From a virus, in IMG/VR virus record IMGVR_UViG_3300045988_137392, positions 1-35,613 of that record: DNA of 35,613 nucleotides; one strand, 5' to 3'. The notes under the pieces were generated by a model that saw only the letters and a program-made list of their open reading frames with translations, did not search any database and was not told the origin of the DNA. A program made the translations under genes and the position numbers. Each line of letters starts with the position of its first letter. Position 1 is the stretch's first letter. Shown here one piece after another: positions 24,218 through 32,111 of this stretch.

Positions 24218-24708
24218 GCCTTGACAAAGGATATATAAAGCTATGGCGTTCAATGCTGACATGGGAATGGTACGATGACCCGCCAACAAAAACTGTATAT
24301 CTGCATTTGATTTTGACGGCAAGCATAAGCCCATCAATATGGCATGGCGTTGAAATTCCCCGTGGGAGCTTGATTTCAAGCTATCGAAAAATAGCAGAAC
24401 AAACAGGACTGACAATTCGACAAGCAAGAACGGCTATAAATCACTTAGAAACGACAGGCGAAGTGACAAGGTCGGCATACCCAAAATTCACCGTATTTAC
24501 GCTGAATAATTACGATAAATTTCAAGAAGCGACAAGCAAAACGCAAGGTAAACGCTCAAACACCGACAAGCAACCTGACAAGCAGCCGACAAGCAACCGA
24601 CAACAGTATAAGAATATAAAAGAAGATATAAAGAAGGAAGAAAATATATCCGCTGTCGCTCAAGATGAAAAAGACGTTCGGATTTTTCCCCCCGGAGGTG
24701 ACTTCTGA
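24214..24708 (+). CDS. Putative replication initiator / winged-helix DNA-binding protein
   Basis: GTG start overlapping the upstream TGA. YIKLWRSMLTWEWYDDP and SYRKIAEQTGLTIRQARTAINHLETTGEV. Immediately upstream of the primase-helicase. Confidence 0.45.
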   Translation: MSLDKGYIKLWRSMLTWEWYDDPPTKTVYLHLILTASISPSIWHGVEIPRGSLISSYRKIAEQTGLTIRQARTAINHLETTGEVTRSAYPKFTVFTLNNYDKFQEATSKTQGKRSNTDKQPDKQPTSNRQQYKNIKEDIKKEENISAVAQDEKDVRIFPPGGDF

Positions 24709-26501
24709 TGGGATATGAATACAAAGCTTCAGATGTGTATGACTTTGCTGCAGCACATGGGTACGAGACCAGAACCAACGGAGATGAGATAGAGTTTAAG
24801 CGCTGTCCCTATTGCAATGGCGGAGGCTCAGGAGATAAATACACCTTTTCGGTAAACGCCATATCAGGTGCATTCAAGTGCTTGAGAGCTTCCTGCGGCA
24901 AGCAAGGGCATTTTGTAGAGCTGTGCCGTGATTTTGAATATGAGCTGGATTTTGGCGAGCGCAAGGTTTATAAAGCCTTAACGCAGGTCAAGCCCGAAGA
25001 GCGTATTATACGTGACACTGCTGTGGAATACATGGCAAGCCGTGGAATATCAAAGGAAATATGCCGAAGGTATTACATAACGGCGCAGACCAAAAATCCC
25101 AATGTTGTGGTATTCCCATTTTATGATGAAAACAACGTGCTGCAATTCGTAAAATATCGCAACAGCAAGTTTGTTAAGGGCGTTGATAAAAGCAAGGAAT
25201 GGTGCGAAAAAGACTGCAAGCCTATTTTGTTCGGCATATACCAGTGTGATACAGCCATTAAGACAGCAGTTATCACCGAGGGACAAATTGACAGCCTGAC
25301 CCTTGCGGAATGCGGTATTCCAAATGCGCTATCCGTTCCAACCGGATGCAATGGGTTTACATGGGTGCAGCACTGTATTGACTGGCTGGAAGATAATTTT
25401 ACCAAAATAATTGTTTTCGGGGATTTTGAACACGGCAAGATGACGCTGATTGACGAGATCAAGAAGCGCATAAAAGTCACGGACGGCATTTACAAAGTGC
25501 AGCCCAAATATTATCTGGGTGAAAAGGATGCAAACGACATATTCCGAAAATACGGCAGACAAGCTGTTATAGCGGCTGTTGAAAACGCTGAGCCTGCGAC
25601 AACACATTTTTCTCATAGGCTGGCAGAAGTCCAGAGCATCGACACGGCAACAATGCCGAAAATCAAGACAATGCTTCCAACCATTGACAAAGTTATCGGC
25701 GGATTGTTTTACGGTCAGGTGATACTGCTGTCGGGTAAACGTGGCGAAGGCAAGTCAACATTCATGTCACAACTGATAGCAAATGCTTTGGAGCAGGGTA
25801 TAATCACATACGTTTATTCCGGCGAGCTGCCGAATTATATGTTTAAACACTGGCTTGACCTGCAGATAGCAGGCGGAAATCGCATAGTTACCAGTACTGA
25901 TGCAGACGGCTTTGAGCATTATTCGCTGACTGACGAAACACAGCAGCAGATAAACAGCTGGTATTACGACAAGTGTTATATTTTTGATAATCAGGCGGTA
26001 AATGATGAATTTGACAGTCTGATTGCAGAAATTGAACGTCAGATACTGCTGTATGATATCAAACTGGTCTGCATTGATAATCTGATGATTGCTATGGACG
26101 CAGACAGCAGCTCCACCAGCGAGATATATCAGGCGCAATCGGCGTTTGTCAAAAGACTGTCGAAAATGGCGAGAAAATATAACATCGTGATTATTCTCGT
26201 AGCACACCCCAAAAAGGGCGATGAATTTTCAAACGATATGGTTAGCGGTTCCGGAGATATAACAAATGCAGTTGACGTAGTTATGGCATACAGGCGCAAA
26301 GAAAATTCGGGCGATGATGCTTATAATTCCGATTTGATCATCACTAAAAACCGACTGACTGGAGTATGCGTTGGATCCGATAATCCCATAAAGCTTAGCT
26401 ACGGGAAAAAGAGTAAACGCATTGTTGAATACGGTAAAAATGTTTTTGAGTATTCGGCATTTAACAAAAATACCGAGGAAAAGGAGATGTTGTTCATATG
26501 A
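24708..26501 (+). CDS. Bifunctional DNA primase / DnaB-like helicase
   Basis: Zinc finger CPYCNGG...CLRASCG, Toprim ITEGQIDSL...VFGDFE, Walker A SGKRGEGKST, Walker B LVCIDNL. Confidence 0.85.
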   Translation: MGYEYKASDVYDFAAAHGYETRTNGDEIEFKRCPYCNGGGSGDKYTFSVNAISGAFKCLRASCGKQGHFVELCRDFEYELDFGERKVYKALTQVKPEERIIRDTAVEYMASRGISKEICRRYYITAQTKNPNVVVFPFYDENNVLQFVKYRNSKFVKGVDKSKEWCEKDCKPILFGIYQCDTAIKTAVITEGQIDSLTLAECGIPNALSVPTGCNGFTWVQHCIDWLEDNFTKIIVFGDFEHGKMTLIDEIKKRIKVTDGIYKVQPKYYLGEKDANDIFRKYGRQAVIAAVENAEPATTHFSHRLAEVQSIDTATMPKIKTMLPTIDKVIGGLFYGQVILLSGKRGEGKSTFMSQLIANALEQGIITYVYSGELPNYMFKHWLDLQIAGGNRIVTSTDADGFEHYSLTDETQQQINSWYYDKCYIFDNQAVNDEFDSLIAEIERQILLYDIKLVCIDNLMIAMDADSSSTSEIYQAQSAFVKRLSKMARKYNIVIILVAHPKKGDEFSNDMVSGSGDITNAVDVVMAYRRKENSGDDAYNSDLIITKNRLTGVCVGSDNPIKLSYGKKSKRIVEYGKNVFEYSAFNKNTEEKEMLFI

Positions 26502-26935
26502 CGGATGACGAAATAAGAGGCTGGCAGATTTCTATAAATTCCAATCCTGTAGGCACAGATATTAGCAAAGTCGAGCCTGTGGCGTATAAATTCCTTGACC
26601 AGTACAGAGAGCTTATAATGCAGTACAAGGGCGGTTACAAGACAAAAGAAGAGTGCCAGAGCATCGGTAAGCTTCTCCGCAAAGAATACGAAGAAAACAT
26701 GCAGGCGGTTGGCAGATACACTGAATTTAACCAGAAATATGCCGAGAATGTCAAGTTCTCCGAAGCGCTGATATCCGAAATGAATAAATCGGTGTATAGC
26801 ATTGAAGATACACTGAGGATTGCATTAAGGGCTATCAGTCTGATGCGTGGAGAAGATGTGTCAGAAAAAACAATATTAAGGCGATTAGGCATTGATGAAA
26901 AAGTGGCAGCGTCAACGACAAGCCCACAGAAATGA
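26498..26935 (+). CDS. Hypothetical protein (145 aa)
   Basis: ATGA overlap with the upstream gene. No motif recognised. Confidence 0.5.
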   Translation: MTDDEIRGWQISINSNPVGTDISKVEPVAYKFLDQYRELIMQYKGGYKTKEECQSIGKLLRKEYEENMQAVGRYTEFNQKYAENVKFSEALISEMNKSVYSIEDTLRIALRAISLMRGEDVSEKTILRRLGIDEKVAASTTSPQK

Positions 26936-27036
26936 GCTGTATGAGACTTTACGGATGCGGGCAGGGTAATTTTCCACGCCAAAACACAAAGTACCTAAAA
27001 ATGGCATTTAAATTGAAATTAGGAGGATATGCAAAA

Positions 27037-27342
27037 ATGAATGAAAATCAAATCATAAGTCATCTTGAAGACCTGAAAAAAGAAGCTGAGGGTCATTATA
27101 CCGATGACGGCGATGATGAAATATTCCACCAGGACGCAGAAGCGCTGCAGGCTGCTATTGATGCGGTTAAACGCAATGAAATCATTGCTGATGCTATAAA
27201 CAGTGAGATTGCAATCTGCAATCGGGAAATCCGCAAGGTGGATATCGAAAAGGCGAAGGCTGAGGAACGCAGAATGAATTACGGTGACCGAAGGACAATG
27301 CTTATGGAGTTGCTCAGAACGATAAAAGGCGGTGAAGAATGA
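27037..27342 (+). CDS. Hypothetical protein (101 aa)
   Basis: ATG 27037 lies 10 nt after AGGAGG. Internal start of track ORF 26932-27342. Confidence 0.45.
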   Translation: MNENQIISHLEDLKKEAEGHYTDDGDDEIFHQDAEALQAAIDAVKRNEIIADAINSEIAICNREIRKVDIEKAKAEERRMNYGDRRTMLMELLRTIKGGEE

Positions 27343-27446
27343 TGTTTCTCGCAGGTCTGCTTATAGGCTGGATAATCGGGAATTGCCTGTTTGGTATGGC
27401 AGACTGCATAACCGAAATTTTAGGAGGAAAAGAGAATGGAAACTGA
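27339..27446 (+). CDS. Possible small membrane peptide (35 aa)
   Basis: ATGA overlap. Translation MMFLAGLLIGWIIGNCLFGMADCITEILGGKENGN has one hydrophobic helix. Preferred over the basic 70-aa track ORF 27332-27544. Confidence 0.3.
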   Translation: MMFLAGLLIGWIIGNCLFGMADCITEILGGKENGN

Positions 27447-27873
27447 AAACAAGGCTGTGCTTATCAGCATTAAACCTAAATGGTGCGAGCCTATCGCAAA
27501 CGGCAAAAAGACTGTCGAAGTCCGTAAAACCAAGCCAAAACTGAAACCGCCGTTTAAGTGTTATATCTATTGTTGCAAAGCGCCGAAAGGCTGGATAAGG
27601 CTTGATAAAAACGTACAGCTTGATACCAAAATCATAGGTGAGTTTGTTTGCGATATTATTGAGCCAATAGCATATACAATAGACGGATATGCAGACATTA
27701 TTGACTGTAAATATGCTTGTATGTCACCGTCTGAATTTTTGAAGTATGGCAATGGCGGTACGCTTTACGGCTGGCACATATCCGACCTCAAAATCTACGA
27801 TGAGCCGCAAGAGTTAAGCGAGTTTGGACTTACACGTCCGCCGCAGTCGTGGTGCTATGTTGAGGAGGGCTGA
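27436..27873 (+). CDS. ASCH-domain protein
   Basis: AVLISIKPKWCEPIANGKKTVEVRKTKP matches the ASCH N-terminal pattern. SD GGAGGAAAAGAG. Confidence 0.6.
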   Translation: METENKAVLISIKPKWCEPIANGKKTVEVRKTKPKLKPPFKCYIYCCKAPKGWIRLDKNVQLDTKIIGEFVCDIIEPIAYTIDGYADIIDCKYACMSPSEFLKYGNGGTLYGWHISDLKIYDEPQELSEFGLTRPPQSWCYVEEG

Positions 27874-27875
27874 CA

Positions 27876-28241
27876 ATGGCTGAAATACGAAATGTAAATA
27901 TTGACAAAGAGTTTATCGTTAAATTCGGTGTATGCAGGACAAACTTTTCAGATGATATGTTGTCTATTACTTTAGAAGTGCTTCCTGAAGCTATCAAAGA
28001 AGTTCTTCAAGAAACAGTGGTAGAAGACGGGGAAATAACGGTTACACCCGTGAAGCATGGCAAATGGTTGAATTTTTACGGAAATTACACTACAGCCGAA
28101 TGCGATGTATGCGGAGAATGCTTTGAGGTCACTTTTGAGGGTGAAAGCAATAAAATGTTGTTTGACGCATTTAGGCAGTCTTACCGATATTGCCCCACCT
28201 GCGGGGCGAAGATGGACGGAGGCGAAAACAATGGAACGTGA
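27876..28241 (+). CDS. Hypothetical protein with C-terminal zinc ribbon
   Basis: CDVCGECF...CPTCGAKM. SD GAGGAGGG. Confidence 0.5.
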   Translation: MAEIRNVNIDKEFIVKFGVCRTNFSDDMLSITLEVLPEAIKEVLQETVVEDGEITVTPVKHGKWLNFYGNYTTAECDVCGECFEVTFEGESNKMLFDAFRQSYRYCPTCGAKMDGGENNGT

Positions 28242-28692
28242 AATTTTGTTCAGAGGGAAAGCCATAAACCGTGATAGTGGATATTACAGAACAACGTATA
28301 AGAACGGCGATTGGGTCTATGGATTATTAACTCAACATTATAATGAAAGGTATGATTTACCCGCTGAAATGACTAATACGTTAGGCGTAAGCGGCATTGA
28401 AGTTGATTATGAAACCATAGGACAGTATACAGGTCTGACCGACAAGAACGGCGTGAAAATCTTCGAGGGGGATATCGTTAAGGGCACTGCATATTCTGCT
28501 ACAAAAATTGGTGTGATTGTTTGGATTGATGAAATTTCAAGCTTTGGTGTGCGCCATGTCAACGCCCCAAATCCTACCGCTTGGGAAAATTCATCTATTT
28601 TGAGATGTGTTTCACTGGGTAAGACAGACGAATTTGCAGCAGAGGTTATTGGCAACATTCACGATAATCCCGAATTGCTGAAAAAGGAGTGA
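28231..28692 (+). CDS. YopX-family protein
   Basis: MEREILFRGKAI...GDWVYGLL...TIGQYTGLTDKNGVKIFEGDIV...IGNIHDNPELL is the classic YopX pattern. Confidence 0.75.
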   Translation: MEREILFRGKAINRDSGYYRTTYKNGDWVYGLLTQHYNERYDLPAEMTNTLGVSGIEVDYETIGQYTGLTDKNGVKIFEGDIVKGTAYSATKIGVIVWIDEISSFGVRHVNAPNPTAWENSSILRCVSLGKTDEFAAEVIGNIHDNPELLKKE

Positions 28693-28698
28693 TGCATA

Positions 28699-29118
28699 TT
28701 GACTGTGCAGGAGGTCAAGGCGGTGCTGAATGATGCACGAGAGGCAGGGAGCAAGTATCTCAAAGCCCGTAACAAGCACAGGCGTTATGAAAACAGGCTG
28801 ACGAACGGCAAAACAGTGCAATATAACAGCACAGGCGCAGAATATGAGCGCAACGGAAATTCCGTTGAAGAATCATATTGCGAGGTATCTGATTATGAAA
28901 CCCAAGCGGACAAATGCAAAGCAGAACTTTCAAACCCGTATTGTGCGGCGGGCAGGCTCATTTACCTTGTGAAAGATGAACGGCAGCGGGAAGTGCTTAA
29001 CCTGCATTATCTTTACTGCAAGTCTTGGGGACAGATTGCTGCCAAAATGGGAATCAGTGTGCGGCACGTACATAGGCTTCACGGCAAGGCTCTTGTGAAA
29101 ATTTCAAAAAATGCTTGA
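28699..29118 (+). CDS. Late-gene transcriptional regulator (ArpU/RinA-like, sigma-70 region 4-type HTH)
   Basis: TTG start 9 nt after AAGGAG. The C-terminus QREVLNLHYLYCKSWGQIAAKMGISVRHVHRLHGKALVKI is region-4-like. Last gene before terS. Confidence 0.6.
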   Translation: MTVQEVKAVLNDAREAGSKYLKARNKHRRYENRLTNGKTVQYNSTGAEYERNGNSVEESYCEVSDYETQADKCKAELSNPYCAAGRLIYLVKDERQREVLNLHYLYCKSWGQIAAKMGISVRHVHRLHGKALVKISKNA

Positions 29119-29143
29119 CATGTCACTATGTTTGTGCTAAAAT
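29115..29143 (+). promoter_or_regulatory. Consensus promoter upstream of the packaging/late genes
   Basis: TTGACA(29115-29120), 17-nt spacer, TGcTAAAAT (extended -10; 29138-29143). A second -10-like TATAGT sits at 29147-29152. Confidence 0.55.
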
Positions 29144-29175
29144 GAGTATAGTGAATTTTTATATCCGCTTTTTTA

Positions 29176-29214
29176 AATCCGCTTACGGTTAAAGGCTGTA
29201 AGCGGATTTTTTTA
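29176..29214 (+). terminator. Strong intrinsic terminator between the promoter and terS
   Basis: 11-bp stem AATCCGCTTAC(29176-29186)/GTAAGCGGATT(29198-29208), then T7. Confidence 0.7.
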
Positions 29215-29240
29215 TCCTATTTTTCGGCAGGTGGTGACCC

Positions 29241-29669
29241 GTGAATGAAAAAAATCTAATATCAAATTCCGAACGAACTCCGAGTGAACTCCGAGAAATC
29301 ACTCAAAAAGGCGGCAAAGCCTCGGGGGCTGCAAGGCGGCGCAAGAAGGATATGAAGCAGAAGATGAAGGCTCTGCTTGAGCTTCCCGCTGCTGCCAATG
29401 ACAGGGAGCAGCTTGAAGCTCTCGGTGTTTCTCCCGATGATATGGACAACGAGATGGTGCTTGTTATGTCTATGTTTCTCAGTGCTGCTCAGGGCGATAC
29501 AAAGGCGTTTGACAGGGTGATACAGATACTCGGCAAGGATATTGCGCACGAGGAGCTTGCCCTTAAAAAGCGTGAGCTTAAGTTAAAGGAAAAGGCTTCT
29601 TCCGAGGGAGACAGTGCGGCACTCTCCAAGCTTGACGAAGTCCTCGGCAAGATCGAAGGGGGCTTCTGA
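29241..29669 (+). CDS. terS: Terminase small subunit
   Basis: 142 aa, GTG start after AGGTGG. Basic N-terminus (TQKGGKASGAARRRKKDMKQK). Directly upstream of terL and overlapping it. Confidence 0.6.
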   Translation: MNEKNLISNSERTPSELREITQKGGKASGAARRRKKDMKQKMKALLELPAAANDREQLEALGVSPDDMDNEMVLVMSMFLSAAQGDTKAFDRVIQILGKDIAHEELALKKRELKLKEKASSEGDSAALSKLDEVLGKIEGGF

Positions 29670-30910
29670 TGTTCACGGATATGCAGCAGGAATATTTTCG
29701 GAGTGCCACGCACCGATGGAACGTCAAGACAGGTGCGACACGTTCGGGAAAGACGTATATGGACTATTACGCCATACCCAAACGCATTCGCAGTGTGGCG
29801 GGACGTGAGGGGGCTGTGCTGCTTCTGGGGCATACTCAGGGCACACTGCTCCGAAACGTCATATACCCCTTGCAGGAGCTGTGGGGCGATGAACTGGTGA
29901 AGCCAATCCGCACGACTGACAACACGGCTATGCTGTTCGGCGAGCGGTGTTACTGCCTCGGAGCTGACAAAAAAACATCGGTTGACAAGATACGTGGTAT
30001 GTCGGTCAAATATTGCTATGGCGATGAAGTCGTGACGTGGAACGAGGCTGTCTTTGATATGCTGAAATCACGTCTTGACAAGCCTTACAGCCGTTTTGAC
30101 GGAACGTGCAATCCCGAGGGGCATCAGCACTGGTTCAAGAAATTCCTTGACAGTGATGCGGATATTTACTGTCAGAAATACACTCTCGATGACAACCCCA
30201 CGCTTGACCCCGATTTTGTCAAGGCTCTGAAAACCGAGTATGCGGGTACGATATACTATGACCGCTATGTGCTGGGAAAATGGGTAAATGCCGAGGGCAT
30301 TATATACCGCCGTTTCAACGACCGTCCGAATGACTTTATCATTGACAGTCTTGACGGACTTGACCTTGTGCTTGCCACTGTCGGGGTTGACTTCGGCGGC
30401 GGCAAATCAGCCCACGCATTCAACTGCACGGGCTTCACCCGTGGGCTTCGGGATATGGTGACCGTTCACGATTACCGCAGGAAAGATGCTGCGACACCTG
30501 AGCAGCTATATGCTGATTTTGCGGGCTTTATTGCAGAATGCAGGCTCATTCTCGGGGGCGTTCCGCTGGTCAATGTATATTGCGATAGCGCAGAGCAGAC
30601 ACTCATCGAGGGTATGCGCATAGATGCGGCGAAAAGAAATTTGTGTGTGGAAATACATAATGCCCGAAAGGGTCCCATAAACGACCGCATACGCTTCTAC
30701 ACGGTGATGATGGGTGCAGGGCGGTACAAGATACTTAAAGGCTGCACATCGACCATAGATGCGCTCTCAGAGGCTATGTGGGATAGCAAGGTCAAAACGG
30801 CTGATGTCCGCCTCGATGACGGCACAACAAACATTGATAATCTCGATGCGCAGGAGTACAGCACAGAACCGTATATGAACGATATGATGGAAAGGACAAT
30901 AGGTTTATGA
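29669..30910 (+). CDS. terL: Terminase large subunit (PBSX/Terminase_3-like)
   Basis: Walker A KTGATRSGKT, Walker B-like KYCYGDEV. The C-terminal nuclease half has VGVDFGG and VYCDSAEQ. Confidence 0.85.
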   Translation: MFTDMQQEYFRSATHRWNVKTGATRSGKTYMDYYAIPKRIRSVAGREGAVLLLGHTQGTLLRNVIYPLQELWGDELVKPIRTTDNTAMLFGERCYCLGADKKTSVDKIRGMSVKYCYGDEVVTWNEAVFDMLKSRLDKPYSRFDGTCNPEGHQHWFKKFLDSDADIYCQKYTLDDNPTLDPDFVKALKTEYAGTIYYDRYVLGKWVNAEGIIYRRFNDRPNDFIIDSLDGLDLVLATVGVDFGGGKSAHAFNCTGFTRGLRDMVTVHDYRRKDAATPEQLYADFAGFIAECRLILGGVPLVNVYCDSAEQTLIEGMRIDAAKRNLCVEIHNARKGPINDRIRFYTVMMGAGRYKILKGCTSTIDALSEAMWDSKVKTADVRLDDGTTNIDNLDAQEYSTEPYMNDMMERTIGL

Positions 30911-31539
30911 TACCCGAAAAACAGCGATATGAAAATCTTGAAAAGTTCACGCCCGATGTTGTCGGGAGATATGATATACCTGTTATAAAGGCTGATAAAG
31001 TCAATTTCTCCGGCTTTATCGGCTTTAATTATGCCAAAAGCTGCAAGAAATGTGAAGGCAGAGCTGTTCACTTCTTCCTTGATGATTACCAGTTTTTCAG
31101 GGTATGGAACTATCCTCGGGACTATGTCAGTCTGCTGTCAAAGTTCTCCTGCGTGCTGTCTCCTGATTTTTCGCTGTACACCGATTTTCCTGTGGCTATG
31201 CAGATATACAATCATTACCGTAAACACTGGCTTGGGGCGTATTGGCAGTCGTTCGGGATAAAGGTAATTCCCACAATTTGCTGGAGCGATGAAAGATCCT
31301 TTGAGTGGTGCTTTGACGGCGAGCCTGTGGGCGGCGTTGTTGCCGTTTCATCGGTGGGAACGCAGAACAGCAGGGCAGCGAAAGCGGCATTTCTGAGGGG
31401 CTATGAGGCTATGCGCGAACGGCTCAGTCCGTCCAAAATAATCTTTTACGGCTCTGTTCCCGATGAATGCAGAGGGAATATAATTCACATCAAATCTTTT
31501 CAGGATAAATTCAGGGAGGCGATGACCTGTGGGCGGTAG
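30907..31539 (+). CDS. DUF4417-like protein
   Basis: VHFFLDDYQFFRVWNYP, SPDFSLYTDFPVAMQIYNHYRKHWLGAYWQSFGIKVIPTICWSDERSFEWCFDG match my recollection of the DUF4417 consensus. ATGA overlap with terL. Confidence 0.45.
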   Translation: MIPEKQRYENLEKFTPDVVGRYDIPVIKADKVNFSGFIGFNYAKSCKKCEGRAVHFFLDDYQFFRVWNYPRDYVSLLSKFSCVLSPDFSLYTDFPVAMQIYNHYRKHWLGAYWQSFGIKVIPTICWSDERSFEWCFDGEPVGGVVAVSSVGTQNSRAAKAAFLRGYEAMRERLSPSKIIFYGSVPDECRGNIIHIKSFQDKFREAMTCGR

Positions 31540-31927
31540 AGGAAGTGCAAGCGGGGTGAGCGATAAAGGCAAGCCTTATGGGAGCGAATATACGCTTCTA
31601 CATCAGAGCGGAAACATTAAATTTGTTAAATCAAACAGCGGTTCAGCAAAAACGCCTATGGAAACAATGACGAAGGGGCGTGTATATGTTACCGTAAACG
31701 AGCAGAATGTAATAAAGTCCATAACATACCATGACAAGCATAATAAGCGCTTTAAGCAAATTGATATAAACGGAAACGCTCACATTATTGATGGCAAAAA
31801 GGCCTTGCCTCACACGCATAAAGGCTATTTTCACAATGAAAAAGGCGATTATAATATTTCGGATAAAGAGCAGAAAATGATTGACAGAGTAAAAACCACA
31901 TGGTATAATATAAATCACAAGAAGTAG
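31529..31927 (+). CDS. Hypothetical protein (132 aa) with MGGRGSASG N-terminus
   Basis: GTG 31529 lies 9 nt after AGGGAGG. AT-rich. NIKFV...TPMETMTKGRVYVTVN...PHTHKGYFH motifs recur in Firmicutes phage proteins of unknown role. Confidence 0.5.
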   Translation: MGGRGSASGVSDKGKPYGSEYTLLHQSGNIKFVKSNSGSAKTPMETMTKGRVYVTVNEQNVIKSITYHDKHNKRFKQIDINGNAHIIDGKKALPHTHKGYFHNEKGDYNISDKEQKMIDRVKTTWYNINHKK

Positions 31928-32053
31928 TTTAAGAGTGAAAACAGGCAGGGCTGAAACTATTGCTTTGAGCAAAGGACAAAAATGCTTATTTTAACGATAA
32001 GCTAATAGAGTTGTTTCAGTACACCTATGACGGTTGAAATCCGTCCGCTTGTT

Positions 32054-32082
32054 ACCGTCTGAGAGATCAGGCGGTTTTTTTA
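32054..32082 (+). terminator. Intrinsic terminator
   Basis: ACCGTCTGA(32054-32062) GAGA TCAGGCGGT(32067-32075) with one G:U pair, then T7. Confidence 0.65.
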
Positions 32083-32111
32083 TGCCTTTTTTAGACAGGG
32101 AGTGATGAAAA

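Noticed and set aside
27332-27544. 70-aa basic ORF overlapping the start of the ASCH gene
   Set aside because: It overlaps 109 nt of the well-supported ASCH-domain gene out of frame. The translation is Arg/Lys/Ser-rich and non-globular. The short ATGA-coupled 35-aa alternative is listed instead, at low confidence.
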